Of a stretch of DNA of 64,000 bases, positions 1-9,703 are shown piece after piece. The position numbers and the translations under genes were made by a program. This stretch comes from Thermoplasmata archaeon (GTDB taxonomy: Archaea; Thermoplasmatota; Thermoplasmata; Lutacidiplasmatales; UBA184). The stretch lies in assembly GCA_049591535.1 (NCBI GenBank), contig JBAWFC010000072.1, positions 4,054 to 68,053 of the forward strand, read 5' to 3'. The notes beneath the pieces were generated by a model. The model did not search any database, was not told the origin of the DNA, and worked only from the letters and a program-made list of their open reading frames with translations. Position 1 is the first letter of the stretch, and every line of letters begins with the position of its first letter.

Positions 1-850
1 CGACCGCGATCTCCCTTCCGACCGTCACCGGATGGTCGTGGTTGATCTCCTTCAGGAAGTCGAGCGCGGGGATCACGCCCTCGAGATCCTCGCCCGGCAC
101 CCCGAGGGTACGATGGGTGGACGTTCCGATCGAGAGGAACACGGCCTGGTACCCGTCCTCGAGGAGCTTCTCGACCGGGAATTGCGTCCCCACCTTCGTG
201 TCGTTGAGGAACGTCACGTCGAGGTCGCGGAACCGGGCCTTGTCGGTCTCTACGTCCGCGTCGGTCATCCGGTACGCCGGGATCGTCTGCATGAGCCCGC
301 CCAGCCGGTCCTCCTGCTCGTAGACCGTGACCGAATACCCCCGCACCCCGAGTTCCCACGCCGCCATGAGGCCCGCCGGCCCACCACCGACGACCGCTAC
401 CCGTTGGTTCTTCGGGCTGGAGGCGACGTACGCGAGGTCGCTGGCGCCGAATTCGAGCGCGACCCGCTTGAGGTGACGGATCGCGATCGGGACTCCCTTC
501 TTCTTGACGACGCACGCATCCTCGCAGTAGTGGTAGCAGACCTTGCAGAGGCAGGTGGAGAGGGGGTTCTCGCGCAGCGTCACGCGGGCGGCCCCGTCGA
601 AGTCCTCGACCGCGATGAGCCGGATGTACTCCCGGGCGTCCTGCGTGATCGGGCAGGCTTCGACGCACCACGGCCGTCGGCACTGGATGCACCGTTTCGC
701 TTCGAGGACCGCGTCCTCCTTGGAATAGGCGTGGAGCACCTCTCGGAAGTCGGTCGTCCGTACCTCGACCGGCTCTTCGTCGATCTTGACGCGCACCGGG
801 TTCAACTTCGGCGGCGTCGGCCTCGGAACGGCGGGGGCATCGGCGGACAT
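1..850 (-). CDS. GltD/PreT-family NADPH-dependent Fe-S/FAD oxidoreductase (glutamate synthase small-subunit-like). N-terminal ~283 codons only; the 3' end lies beyond the window edge.
   Basis: Not in the ORF track because it runs off the edge. My minus-strand translation from ATG 850..848 reads MSADAPAVPRPTPPKLNPVRV...AKRCIQCRRPWCVEACP (Cys cluster)...RVAVVGGGPAGLMAAWELGVRGYSVTVYEQEDRLGGL (GxGxxG dinucleotide fold). The listed + ORF 32..883 is its antisense. Confidence 0.75.
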   Translation of the reverse strand, partial: MSADAPAVPRPTPPKLNPVRVKIDEEPVEVRTTDFREVLHAYSKEDAVLEAKRCIQCRRPWCVEACPITQDAREYIRLIAVEDFDGAARVTLRENPLSTCLCKVCYHYCEDACVVKKKGVPIAIRHLKRVALEFGASDLAYVASSPKNQRVAVVGGGPAGLMAAWELGVRGYSVTVYEQEDRLGGLMQTIPAYRMTDADVETDKARFRDLDVTFLNDTKVGTQFPVEKLLEDGYQAVFLSIGTSTHRTLGVPGEDLEGVIPALDFLKEINHDHPVTVGREIAV

Positions 851-949
851 GGACCCGTCGAAAGAAGCGATTCTGGTCGATAAGAGCCTTACTCGCCCGG
901 AGAGACGACGACCGCATCGCATCTGTCGGGAACGGCTCCCGGACCACAA

Positions 950-957
950 GCTATAGG
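950..957 (+). promoter_or_regulatory. Candidate TATA-like box (GCTATAGG) about 45 nt upstream of the srp54 ATG
   Basis: It is an AT-containing island in otherwise GC-rich spacer. The same GCTATWAG core recurs upstream of rtcB and adh. Confidence 0.3.
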
Positions 958-1001
958 TGGCTATCTTCTCCTTCTTGGGACGCCGGTCGGCAGGTGGGGA
1001 G

Positions 1002-2342
1002 ATGGCGCTCGATACGCTCGGGAAATCGCTCCGCGCCGTCCTCCAGAAGATCGCCCGCGGGTCGACGGTCGACGAGGCCCTCCTCGCCGAGGTGGTACGC
1101 GACATCCAGCGGGCCCTCCTCCAGGCGGACGTCAACGTTCAGCTTGCGCTCGACCTCACGCAGCGGGTCCGTCGCCGGGCGACCGAGGAAAAGCCTCCCG
1201 CGGGGGCGAGCCTCCGCGACTTCCTCGTCCGCATCATCTACGAGGAGATCCGCGGGATCCTCGGGAAGGAGCGGGCCTTTGAACTCCGACCGAAGAAGAT
1301 CCTCCTGACCGGACTGTTCGGACAGGGAAAGACGACCACGGCGGGGAAGCTCGCGCGGTACTTCCAGAAGAAGGGGATCCGCGTCGCGCTCGTCGCGGCC
1401 GACGTCCATCGCCCCGCGGCGATCGACCAGCTGGAGCAACTGGCCAAGAAGGTCGGGGCCGAGTTCTACTCGAACCGGGGCGAGGGGAGGGCCGAAACGA
1501 TCGTCCGGGAGGCGATCGCGAAGTTCCCTCCCCATCTCGCGGTCATCGTCGATACCGCCGGTCGCAGCGGTATCGACGCCGAGCTCATCGAGGAGTTGAA
1601 GCGCGTTCGCGCGGCTTTCGAACCGGAGGAGACGCTGCTGGTGCTCGACGCAGCGATGGGCCAGAGCGCCGGCCGGAGCGCGGAGGCGTTCCACAAGGCC
1701 GTGGGACTCACGGGCGTGATCCTGACGAAGCTGGACGGATCCGCGAAGGGAGGCGGCGCGCTCTCCGCCGTCGCCGCGAGCGGCGCCCCGATCCTTTTCA
1801 TCGGAACGGGCGAGCACCTGGACGATCTCGAGCGGTTCGACCCGACTCGGTTCGTCTCCCGGCTGCTCGGGATGGGCGACATCCAGACGCTTCTCGAACG
1901 GTTCGAGGAGCTGACGAACAAGGAGGCGGCCGAAACCGCTGCGAAGAACCTGATGGGGGGCCGGTTCACGCTCCGGGACATGCGGGCCCAGCTCGCGTCG
2001 CTCGGCGAGATGGGACCGTTCTCCAAGCTCATGTCGATCGTCCCCGGTCTCGGGGCCGCTAAGGTCGACGAGAAACAGCTCGATGCGACCCAAGTGCGAC
2101 TGCAGCGATTCCGGACGATCCTGGATTCGATGACCGGCGAAGAACTCGACCAACCCCAGATCCTCAAGTCCGACCGTATCCATCGGATCGCTCGCGGGAG
2201 CGGCCAGCGACCCCAGGAGGTGCGGGCCCTCCTCAAGCATTACGAGACGACGCGAAAGGCGGCCCACGGCCTCGTTTCGAACCGCCGTCTCCGCCGCCAG
2301 CTCGAAAAGCAGTTCGGCGCCGGCGAGGCACCGGCCGAGTGA
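1002..2342 (+). CDS. srp54: Signal recognition particle protein SRP54
   Basis: ORF 957..2342. The canonical archaeal N-terminus MALDTLGKSL starts at ATG 1002, preceded by GGTGGGGAG. GTPase motifs present: GLFGQGKTTTAGKLA, DTAGR, TKLDG. Met-rich M-domain C-terminus. Confidence 0.95.
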   Translation: MALDTLGKSLRAVLQKIARGSTVDEALLAEVVRDIQRALLQADVNVQLALDLTQRVRRRATEEKPPAGASLRDFLVRIIYEEIRGILGKERAFELRPKKILLTGLFGQGKTTTAGKLARYFQKKGIRVALVAADVHRPAAIDQLEQLAKKVGAEFYSNRGEGRAETIVREAIAKFPPHLAVIVDTAGRSGIDAELIEELKRVRAAFEPEETLLVLDAAMGQSAGRSAEAFHKAVGLTGVILTKLDGSAKGGGALSAVAASGAPILFIGTGEHLDDLERFDPTRFVSRLLGMGDIQTLLERFEELTNKEAAETAAKNLMGGRFTLRDMRAQLASLGEMGPFSKLMSIVPGLGAAKVDEKQLDATQVRLQRFRTILDSMTGEELDQPQILKSDRIHRIARGSGQRPQEVRALLKHYETTRKAAHGLVSNRRLRRQLEKQFGAGEAPAE

Positions 2343-2358
2343 GTCGGAGGGGCGATCG

Positions 2359-2898
2359 ATGCCCGGCGCGTCCCCACCGGAAGCGGTCGCGGGACTGTTC
2401 CTCGTCTTCTTTCTACCGGGGTACGCCCTCACCCGAGCGATGTTCCCGGAGTGGCGCCTGCGCGGACCCGCGGCCTTCCTCCGGCTCGTCGAAACGGTGA
2501 CGTTGGCGTTCGTCCTCAGCGTAGGCCTGACGGTCCTTGCGGGCTACCTCCTCCTCACGGTCGCGCCCGGGGGCTTCCGGGCGTACTGGTCGGACCCCGT
2601 GCTCGAGGCGGTGCTCGCCGGGATCACGGTCGTCGCCTTCGTCGCCGGTTGGGTCGAGGGCGCCTACCGGCGCGAACCTCCGTCGACCCACGTCGCGGAC
2701 GGCGGGCTGGGAGACGAAGGTGCTTGGGAACTGACCCGGGAGCTGGACCGGCTCGGGAGGGAGGAACGGCGACTGAACCATGCGCTGCGAACGCTCGCGG
2801 TCCCTTCCGACGAGCCCCGGATCCGGGAGGAGCTCACCCAGGTCAGGGCCCGGCGCGAAGAGCTCCGACAGGTCCGGGAGGTCGAGTATGCCTCGTAG
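2359..2898 (+). CDS. Hypothetical membrane protein (DUF1616-like N-terminal pattern, C-terminal coiled-coil-like tail)
   Basis: N-terminus LFLVFFLPGYALTRAMFPEW followed by about 3 hydrophobic spans. The charged R/E-rich tail is RELDRLGREERRLN...RARREELRQVRE. High GC3 in this frame. Confidence 0.55.
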   Translation: MPGASPPEAVAGLFLVFFLPGYALTRAMFPEWRLRGPAAFLRLVETVTLAFVLSVGLTVLAGYLLLTVAPGGFRAYWSDPVLEAVLAGITVVAFVAGWVEGAYRREPPSTHVADGGLGDEGAWELTRELDRLGREERRLNHALRTLAVPSDEPRIREELTQVRARREELRQVREVEYAS

Positions 2899-3262
2899 CG
2901 GCGCCCCGGAGGAGTTCAAGATGGTGATGGTTCTTCGAGGAGAACTGAGACTCACCGCCGGCAAGATGGCCGTCCAGGCCGCCCACGCGGCGGTCATGTT
3001 GACCCGAAACGCCGAGCGGCGGGACCGTGCCGGACTCGAGACGTGGCTCTCGCAGGGACAACGAAAGATTGCGCTCGTGGTCGCCACCCTCGCCGATCTC
3101 GAAGCGCTCGAACGTCAGGCCCGAGGGAAGCGGATCCCGACGGTGTGGGTGGAGGACGCCGGATTCACCGAGGTGCCTCCGGGCACCCGGACGTGCCTCG
3201 GACTCGGACCCGCGCGCTCGGCCGAGGTCGATTCCGTATCCGGTGCCCTTCCCCTCCTGTAG
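2888..3262 (+). CDS. pth2: Peptidyl-tRNA hydrolase, archaeal type (Pth2)
   Basis: C-terminal 125 aa of ORF 2780..3262: MVMVLRGELRLTAGKMAVQAAHAAV...KIALVV...VWVEDAGFTEVPPGTRTCLGLGP. ATG 2888 overlaps the upstream stop; ATG 2921 is an alternative start. Confidence 0.9.
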   Translation: MPRSGAPEEFKMVMVLRGELRLTAGKMAVQAAHAAVMLTRNAERRDRAGLETWLSQGQRKIALVVATLADLEALERQARGKRIPTVWVEDAGFTEVPPGTRTCLGLGPARSAEVDSVSGALPLL

Positions 3263-3440
3263 AGCGGGCCATCGCCTGCCTCGGCTCGAGGTGGGCGCAT
3301 CCCGAGCGGCGAGGGCGTTTCTGACCCGGGTTCGTCGCCCACGGCCCCTCGGTGGGGGGGGGGTCCCGAAAAATCAAGGACTAAATACCACATCCAGATT
3401 GGAGGGGTGGGCCGGTTGCGGCGGCCGGGGGGAAATCGCG

Positions 3441-4676
3441 ATGCAGATGTGGGTCTATATCGTGCGCCGACTCCTTCTCCTGATTCCGATCCTCATCGGA
3501 GTTCTTACCATTCTTTTTGCCATCATCTCCGCCCTTCCCACCACCGAACGGATTGCTGCCGAGTTGGGGGCGGATAAGGGCGGGACCCCGATCACCCCGA
3601 CCATCCCGTGTAACAACGCGACCACCACGTCCAACCCTTCCTCTTCCGGCCTCTCCTCTGCTTCTACGGGTCAATGTCCGAACCCTGCGTATCAAAATGC
3701 GATCAGTCGTCTCGGTTTAAACAAACCCATCCCCGTCCAATGGGGAATTTACGTCTGGGCCGGAGTCACCCTCAACTGGGGGATGACGTCGCCGGCCAGT
3801 TTCATGTCGTCCCAGATCGGCGAGGGGCACCACTCGATCCCCGTGACGACCGTCCTCAGCTGGTACCTCCCCTTCACCATACAGCTCGCTGCCCTGTCTC
3901 TCCTCATCATCCTCGCACTCTCGATCCCTCTCGGAAACTACTCGGCGGTCTTCCGCAACCGTCCGCTCGACCAGGGCACCCGGATCATGTCGTTCTCGGG
4001 CTACGCGTTGGCCACGTTCCTGCTCGCGAGCTTACTGCTCATCGCGGGCGTTGACCTGCTCGGTGGGTCGTCCACGACCATCTGCGGGGCGTCCGCCTAT
4101 GCTGCGGTGTATGGTTCTTGGCCGGTCCAGCAGACCTCGTGTTTCAATATCATCGGCTTATCGTGGATAGGCACCCACAACTACGCACCGACCTCCCCCA
4201 CGGGGTTCCCGATCGTCGACTCGATGATCCATGGCCAGTGGGCTCTCGCACTGTCGGCATTCTCGCGGGAGGTGCTCCCGGCGCTCGCGATCGCGTACCT
4301 CTCTCTCGCAGGGATCCTGCGCTACGTGCGCAACAGCATGCTGGAAGTGATGAACCAGGATTACATCCGGACCGCGCGAGCCAAGGGAGTGCCCGAGTCG
4401 ACCGTCATCCGGAAGCACGCCGGGCGGAACTCGCTGACCGTCACGGTCGCGGTCCTCGGGCTCACCTTCGCCGGGTTCATCGGCGGGTTCCCCGTCATCG
4501 AAGAGGTGTTCGGCCTGAACGGCATCGGAAAGGTGCTCGTGTGGTCGATCCTGGCGCCCATGGATTACGGGATGATCTTCGGGGCCACCATATTGTTCAC
4601 GATCATCGTCGTCCTCGCGAACGTCATGGTCGACGTCATTCAGGCGTACCTGGACCCCCGAATCCGACTGGGGTAG
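3441..4676 (+). CDS. ABC transporter permease, peptide/nickel (DppB/OppB) family
   Basis: The real start MQMWVYIVRRLLLLIPILIGVLT is inside ORF 3027..4676. Typical C-terminal motifs DYIRTARAKGVPESTVIRKHAGRNSL and DVIQAYLDPRIRL. Confidence 0.9.
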   Translation: MQMWVYIVRRLLLLIPILIGVLTILFAIISALPTTERIAAELGADKGGTPITPTIPCNNATTTSNPSSSGLSSASTGQCPNPAYQNAISRLGLNKPIPVQWGIYVWAGVTLNWGMTSPASFMSSQIGEGHHSIPVTTVLSWYLPFTIQLAALSLLIILALSIPLGNYSAVFRNRPLDQGTRIMSFSGYALATFLLASLLLIAGVDLLGGSSTTICGASAYAAVYGSWPVQQTSCFNIIGLSWIGTHNYAPTSPTGFPIVDSMIHGQWALALSAFSREVLPALAIAYLSLAGILRYVRNSMLEVMNQDYIRTARAKGVPESTVIRKHAGRNSLTVTVAVLGLTFAGFIGGFPVIEEVFGLNGIGKVLVWSILAPMDYGMIFGATILFTIIVVLANVMVDVIQAYLDPRIRLG

Positions 4677-4695
4677 AGGGGGCAGGAGAAACCTC

Positions 4696-5877
4696 GTGCA
4701 GGCCCCCACCGTCGACCCCGAGACGACGGCCCGGAACGAGGCAGCCGCGCTGCTGTCCGCGGACCCGGGCAAGAAGAAACACCCGAACCCCCGGGTCGAT
4801 CAGGCGCGCCGGACGTTCTACCTGCTGAGAAAGAACGGGCTCGCCATGGTCGGGCTCGTCCTCCTGATCCTCTTCGCCGCCCTGCTGATCGGTTCGTTCT
4901 TTTACAGCGCCCCGAGCACCACGATGGGGCTCTACTGCGGCACGTACTACTCCGGCGTTCAAAACTACCCCTCCGGGACCTGCACCGGCGCCGGGACCGT
5001 CATTTGTACCTACCCCATTGGTTCGCCCCCTCCGGTGCCAAACTGCTACCCGACCGACCCCAGTAACCCATCGTTCGTTGGCCCTACTGCTTCGTTGGTC
5101 GCGCATCAGCTCGGGCCTTTGCCGCTCGGCTCGCTCGCGACGGCTCCCTCGAGCGGCGAGTTCTACAACTTATTTGCCGGGCTCGTGAAAGGATCACAGT
5201 GGAGCATCACCATCTCCCTCGCGATCGTCGCCATCGGCGCGGTCGTGGGCCTCGTGCTCGGCGCGCTCGCCGGGGTCGCCGGGGGTCTCGTGGACGAGAC
5301 GATCATGCGGGTCACCGACATCTTCCTCTCGGTACCCCAGCTGTTGCTCGTGCTGGTGTTAATTATCGTCTTAGAGCCGATCCCATTATTCACCACGCTC
5401 ACGGGCCGCGTCGGCGTCCTGATCATCGGCTTTGCCATCACTTGGTGGCCGTTCTACACCCGCATCGTGCGTTCCCAGGTGATCGTCGTACGGGAGCAGA
5501 AGTACGTGGAGGCGGCACGGGCGAGCGGCGCCAACATGGGCCGCATCCTCCGTAAGCACATCATTCCCAACTCCCTGTTCCCCGTCTTCGTCCAGATTGC
5601 CCTCGACGTGGGGGCCATCCCGCTGATCATCGGCAGCATCGTGTTCCTCGGGGTACCCTTGTGGACCGGCGGGACCGTGTTCCCCGAGTGGGGGACGATC
5701 GCGGCGAACGCGGTCTCCCCGAACGTGATCAGTGACCTCCTCTTCGGCTCCTCGAGTACCTACTTCCCGTGGTGGCAGATCCTCTTCCCGGGACTGATTC
5801 TCTTCCTCTTCGCGATCTCCGTCAACTTTTTCTCGGACGGACTCCGCGACGCACTCGACCCTCGGCTGAGGCGGTGA
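4696..5877 (+). CDS. ABC transporter permease, peptide/nickel (DppC/OppC) family
   Basis: GTG start after GGCAGGAG. Motifs YVEAARASGANMGRILRKHIIPNSL and FFSDGLRDALDPRLR. Confidence 0.9.
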   Translation: MQAPTVDPETTARNEAAALLSADPGKKKHPNPRVDQARRTFYLLRKNGLAMVGLVLLILFAALLIGSFFYSAPSTTMGLYCGTYYSGVQNYPSGTCTGAGTVICTYPIGSPPPVPNCYPTDPSNPSFVGPTASLVAHQLGPLPLGSLATAPSSGEFYNLFAGLVKGSQWSITISLAIVAIGAVVGLVLGALAGVAGGLVDETIMRVTDIFLSVPQLLLVLVLIIVLEPIPLFTTLTGRVGVLIIGFAITWWPFYTRIVRSQVIVVREQKYVEAARASGANMGRILRKHIIPNSLFPVFVQIALDVGAIPLIIGSIVFLGVPLWTGGTVFPEWGTIAANAVSPNVISDLLFGSSSTYFPWWQILFPGLILFLFAISVNFFSDGLRDALDPRLRR

Positions 5878-7503
5878 GTGCTCGGCGTGTCGGCAGCGGC
5901 CATGCCTACTGCCACGGCAGCTACCCCCCCGCCCTCGCCGGCGACCGCCTCGCTGTCCGAGGCCGCGTCGGAACTGGCTTCGACCGACGTCGTGCTCGAC
6001 GTACGCGACCTGAAGACGTACTTCTACACCTATGACGGAGTCGTTCACGCCCTCGAGGGAGTGAAGTTCAAGATCCGTCGAGGAGAGACGCTCGGGCTGG
6101 TCGGGGAGACCGGCTGCGGAAAGAGCGTTACCGCGTTCTCCATCACCCGGCTCATCCCCGACCCGCCGGGACGGATCATGGGAGGAAGGATCCTCCTCCA
6201 CGGCGCCAACCTGCTCTGGGGCATCGAGAAGGAAGCGAGGTTCAAGGAGGTCCGCAAGTCGGGCCGGTACACCATCAAACGCAAGTACCGGCTGCTGCGG
6301 GAGGTCCAGCGTCGGATGATCGCCGTCCGCGGATCGATGATCTCGACGATCTTCCAGGAACCGATGCTCGCGCTCAACCCGGTGTTCCGGGTATCCGACC
6401 AGGTCGGGGAGTCGCTCACGCTGCACCGCCTGCGCCCGATCATCGAGGAGATGTTCCAGGCCTCGTCGGTCGACATGTCGACCGCGGAGGCCGCGGTCGA
6501 CCGGCTGGTCGATGCCGCGGTCCGCCGCGACTCCCCCACGATGCGGAAGGCCGCCCAGGAGATCGCCGAGATCACGGGCCTGACCTCGTTCGGCACCGAA
6601 GCGTACTACACCGCACGGGAGGAGGCCGTGCTCCACTCCAACCGGATGAAGGCCGAAGTGAAACGGCGTCTAGTACGCGCCCACGTCTCGGGCCTTCAGC
6701 GCTCCTTTCTCGCGTACCGGGAGCACGCGGCGGCACTGGATGACGAGCTCCGCCAGATCTACCTCCAGGAGATGCGACAGGAGGCCCCGGAGCGCGCCCA
6801 GCGCCGGTCGATCCAGCGGCGCCGCCGAGCACTCCAGCTCCGGGGCCTGGTCTACAAGCTTCCGGGGCTCAAGCGCTACGTCCAACGCCCGTTGAACAGC
6901 GAGCTGTTCTGGCGTTCGGTCCGGCTGCTGGAGCAGGTCTCGATCGCCAACCCCGCCCAGGTCGCTCGCAGCTACCCCCACGAGCTCTCGGGCGGCATGC
7001 TCCAGCGCGTGATGATCGCGATGGCGCTCTCCTCCGAGCCCGAGATCCTCATCGCGGACGAACCGACCACTGCCCTGGACGTCACTATCCAGGCCCAGAT
7101 CCTCGAGCTGATGCGCAACCTGAAGACCCGGGTCGGGACGGCGATCCTGCTCATCACGCACGACCTGGGTGTCATCGCCGAGGTCGCGGACCGGGTCTGC
7201 GTGATGTACGCCGGTAACATCATCGAGACCGCCGCTGTCGGAGAGCTGTTCCGGCGGCCGCTCCATCCCTACACGCAGGGCCTCCTCGCCTCGATTCCGC
7301 GGGTCGATGACCCGGGCAAGAAGCTCGAGTCGATCCCGGGGTCGGTGCCGAACCTGATCACCCCGCCGACCGGCTGCCGGTTCCACCCCCGTTGCTCGTT
7401 CGCCATGCCGGTGTGCAAGGAGCAGGCACCGCCGACGACCGTCGAGGGCCCGCTGCACACGGTCGCCTGCTTCCTCTACAACGGAACGGAGGAGAGGGCC
7501 TAG
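5878..7503 (+). CDS. ABC transporter ATP-binding protein (OppD/DppD-like) with large internal insertions
   Basis: Walker [13 protein letters not shown]-loop IFQEP, signature LSGGMLQRV, Walker [14 protein letters not shown]-terminal oligopeptide-type CRFHPRC motif. The GTG start abuts the upstream TGA. Confidence 0.9.
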   Translation: MLGVSAAAMPTATAATPPPSPATASLSEAASELASTDVVLDVRDLKTYFYTYDGVVHALEGVKFKIRRGETLGLVGETGCGKSVTAFSITRLIPDPPGRIMGGRILLHGANLLWGIEKEARFKEVRKSGRYTIKRKYRLLREVQRRMIAVRGSMISTIFQEPMLALNPVFRVSDQVGESLTLHRLRPIIEEMFQASSVDMSTAEAAVDRLVDAAVRRDSPTMRKAAQEIAEITGLTSFGTEAYYTAREEAVLHSNRMKAEVKRRLVRAHVSGLQRSFLAYREHAAALDDELRQIYLQEMRQEAPERAQRRSIQRRRRALQLRGLVYKLPGLKRYVQRPLNSELFWRSVRLLEQVSIANPAQVARSYPHELSGGMLQRVMIAMALSSEPEILIADEPTTALDVTIQAQILELMRNLKTRVGTAILLITHDLGVIAEVADRVCVMYAGNIIETAAVGELFRRPLHPYTQGLLASIPRVDDPGKKLESIPGSVPNLITPPTGCRFHPRCSFAMPVCKEQAPPTTVEGPLHTVACFLYNGTEERA

Positions 7504-7523
7504 GGGCCTTCGCGCAGAGGAGC

Positions 7524-8735
7524 ATGGCGACCAACGGGGAAGCACCGGTCCTGATGGCCGTCCGCAATCTTCGCAAGTACTTCCCGATCCGTGGCGGATT
7601 GCTCTCGACCCACGTCGGCGACGTCCAGGCCGTCGACGGGATCTCGTTCGACATCCGCCAGGGGCAGACGATCGGCCTGGTCGGCGAGTCCGGCTGCGGA
7701 AAGACGACCGCGGGGCGGCTCATCCTGCGCCTGATCGAGCCGACGTCCGGGCACACCTTCTACCGTCCGTCCCCCGAGGACTACGACCGGCTGAACGAGA
7801 TCTATGCCGAGCTCGCTCCGTATGCGGCGAGCGGGGACGAGAACGGCGCGCCCGCGCGGAAACCCCCGGCGGCCCTGGTCAAGGAGCTCAACGGCCTGGC
7901 ACAGAAGTACTCGATCTACCGCAAGGGCCGCGCGCAGATGAAGCAACTGCGCGGCAAGCTGCAGATCGTCTTCCAGGACCCGTTCTCGTCCCTCAGCCCG
8001 CGCCTCCCCGTTCGGGAGATCGTCCTCGAGCCGCTCGAGGTCCACCACTCGGGGACCGCCCGCGAGCGCAACCAGCGCATCACGGACCTCATGACCTCGG
8101 TCGGGCTCAATCCGGAGCATCTCTGGCGGTTCCCCCACGAGTTCTCGGGCGGCCAACGCCAGCGGATCGGCATTGCCCGCGCCCTGGCCCTCCGCCCCGA
8201 CTTCATCGTGTTGGACGAACCGACGAGCGCGCTCGACGTCTCGGTCCAGGCTCAGATCCTGAACATCCTGAAGCGATTGCAGCAGGAGGAGAACCTCTCG
8301 TACCTGTTCATCTCGCACCACCTATCCGTCGTGCGCGCGATCTCGAACGAGGTCGTCGTCATGTACCTCGGCCAGGTCGTGGAACGGGCCCCGACGGAAG
8401 AGCTGTTCACCCACCCGCTCCACCCGTACACCCAGGCCCTGCTCGCCTCCATCCCCATCCCGGACCCGACTCTCAAGCGCGAGCGGATCATCCTGAAGGG
8501 CGAGGTACCGAGCCCGGCCGCTCCGCCTCCCGGTTGCCGCTTCCACACCCGATGCCCCGCCGTCATGCCGGTCTGCTCCCGGATCGCCCCCATGCTGCGC
8601 CCGAGCGATCAGCTCGCCGGGCACTGGGTCTCGTGCCATCTCTATCACCCTCCGAGCGAGGAGGCGATCGCGGCGACGTCCGAGTCCGCAGCGCTCCCGA
8701 CGGCGGAGCCCACGGAAGCCCCCCTCGCTTCGTAG
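7524..8735 (+). CDS. ABC transporter ATP-binding protein (OppF/DppF-like) with insertion before the Q-loop
   Basis: The real start MATNGEAPVLMAVRNLRKYF (ATG 7524) is inside ORF 7392..8735. Motifs GLVGESGCGKTT, VFQDP, FSGGQRQRIGIARAL, FIVLDEPTSALD, CRFHTRCP. Confidence 0.9.
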   Translation: MATNGEAPVLMAVRNLRKYFPIRGGLLSTHVGDVQAVDGISFDIRQGQTIGLVGESGCGKTTAGRLILRLIEPTSGHTFYRPSPEDYDRLNEIYAELAPYAASGDENGAPARKPPAALVKELNGLAQKYSIYRKGRAQMKQLRGKLQIVFQDPFSSLSPRLPVREIVLEPLEVHHSGTARERNQRITDLMTSVGLNPEHLWRFPHEFSGGQRQRIGIARALALRPDFIVLDEPTSALDVSVQAQILNILKRLQQEENLSYLFISHHLSVVRAISNEVVVMYLGQVVERAPTEELFTHPLHPYTQALLASIPIPDPTLKRERIILKGEVPSPAAPPPGCRFHTRCPAVMPVCSRIAPMLRPSDQLAGHWVSCHLYHPPSEEAIAATSESAALPTAEPTEAPLAS

Positions 8736-8760
8736 GACGGACCGCGGCCCGATCTCTCCC

Positions 8761-9183
8761 ATGCCGCTCTTTGGTCCGCGGCAAAGCAACCTAAGCCCCG
8801 ACGAGGACCAGAAGGCCCGCGAGGCGGCGATCGCGGCGCCCGGGCCCGGTTGGAAGGAGTGGTTCTACGACTCGTTCCTCAAGGTATGGGTGGTGTTCGC
8901 GTTCTTCCTCATCGACGTCTGGGTCGTGGTCGCCTGGCTCTCTCCGTTCGACTCCGGCCGTGTCGCGTACGCCTTCCTCTCGCTCCTGGGCGCGATGTAC
9001 CTCGAGTACCTGGGCTACCAGTGCCTCTGGTACGAGGCTCCCGAACTCGCGAGGAGCTCCCACGAGGTGGGCCGGCCCAACCTGGTGCATCCGGTGCTCC
9101 GGGGTCGATGGACGCCCGAGTGGGCCGCTGCGAAGGCGGGGCCGCCCCCCGAGCCGGGCTCCGACCCGAGAGAGTTCCTGTAG
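8761..9183 (+). CDS. Hypothetical small membrane protein (2 predicted TM helices)
   Basis: ORF with good GC3. Hydrophobic spans VWVVFAFFLIDVWVVVAWL and AYAFLSLLGAMYLEYLGY. No family recognised. Confidence 0.5.
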   Translation: MPLFGPRQSNLSPDEDQKAREAAIAAPGPGWKEWFYDSFLKVWVVFAFFLIDVWVVVAWLSPFDSGRVAYAFLSLLGAMYLEYLGYQCLWYEAPELARSSHEVGRPNLVHPVLRGRWTPEWAAAKAGPPPEPGSDPREFL

Positions 9184-9210
9184 TGGCGCGGCCACCGAAC
9201 TGGGCAGACC

Positions 9211-9703
9211 CTACCGGGGTCCGAGCCGGCCCGGGGTATCCGTCCCCGTCGAGGGCCCTTGCGCACCGCGTCCAGGACTCGCCTTCCCCTCCTCCTTCCG
9301 ATAGCGACGGATACGGCCAGCACTCCCCCCACCGTGCGGACACTCCTCGTCGATCGATCCGACGGAGCCCCGCTCCGCCTCCTGCCCCCGCGGCCGGTGG
9401 AGCGACCCCTCGGCGGAGGGGAGTCCGAGGTCGCGGGGCCGGCCGAGATCGACCACCGCCTGGCGTGAGTAGTCGGTGACCTTCGGTCGGCTCCGTGCCC
9501 CCCTTGGATCTTGAGCGGGGTCGTCTCCTGCCCGTCGAATGTGCGTAGAACTCCGCGCGGGGGCGGGTCTCGCACGCGAGAGCGATGACGGCGATCCGCG
9601 GGGGTCTGTTTCGCTCGTAGTTCGCGAGGACGCGAGCCGACGCATCTTCTTCGCCTCTTCCCCAAAACCTCGCTCGCAGACCCTGGGTCCATGGGTCCGG
9701 CAT
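9211..9703 (-). pseudogene. Possible frameshifted gene remnant of unknown family
   Basis: Coding-like stretches with high GC3 run consecutively through three minus frames. They read MPDPW...ASARVLANYERNRPPRIAVIALACETRPRAEFYA, then TFDGQETTPLKIQGGHGA, then KVTDYSRQAVVDLGRPRDLGLPSAEGSLHRPRGQEAERGSVGSIDEECPHGGG. No single intact ORF looks protein-like. Confidence 0.3.

Noticed and set aside
32-883. 283-aa plus-strand ORF at the window start
   Set aside because: It is antisense to the GltD-like oxidoreductase, whose Cys-cluster and GxGxxG motifs I could read on the minus strand. The plus-frame product has no recognisable motif.
951-2432. 493-aa minus-strand ORF and nested ORFs overlapping srp54
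   Set aside because: It is antisense to an SRP54 gene with all GTPase motifs, and has low-complexity R/L/E/P composition.
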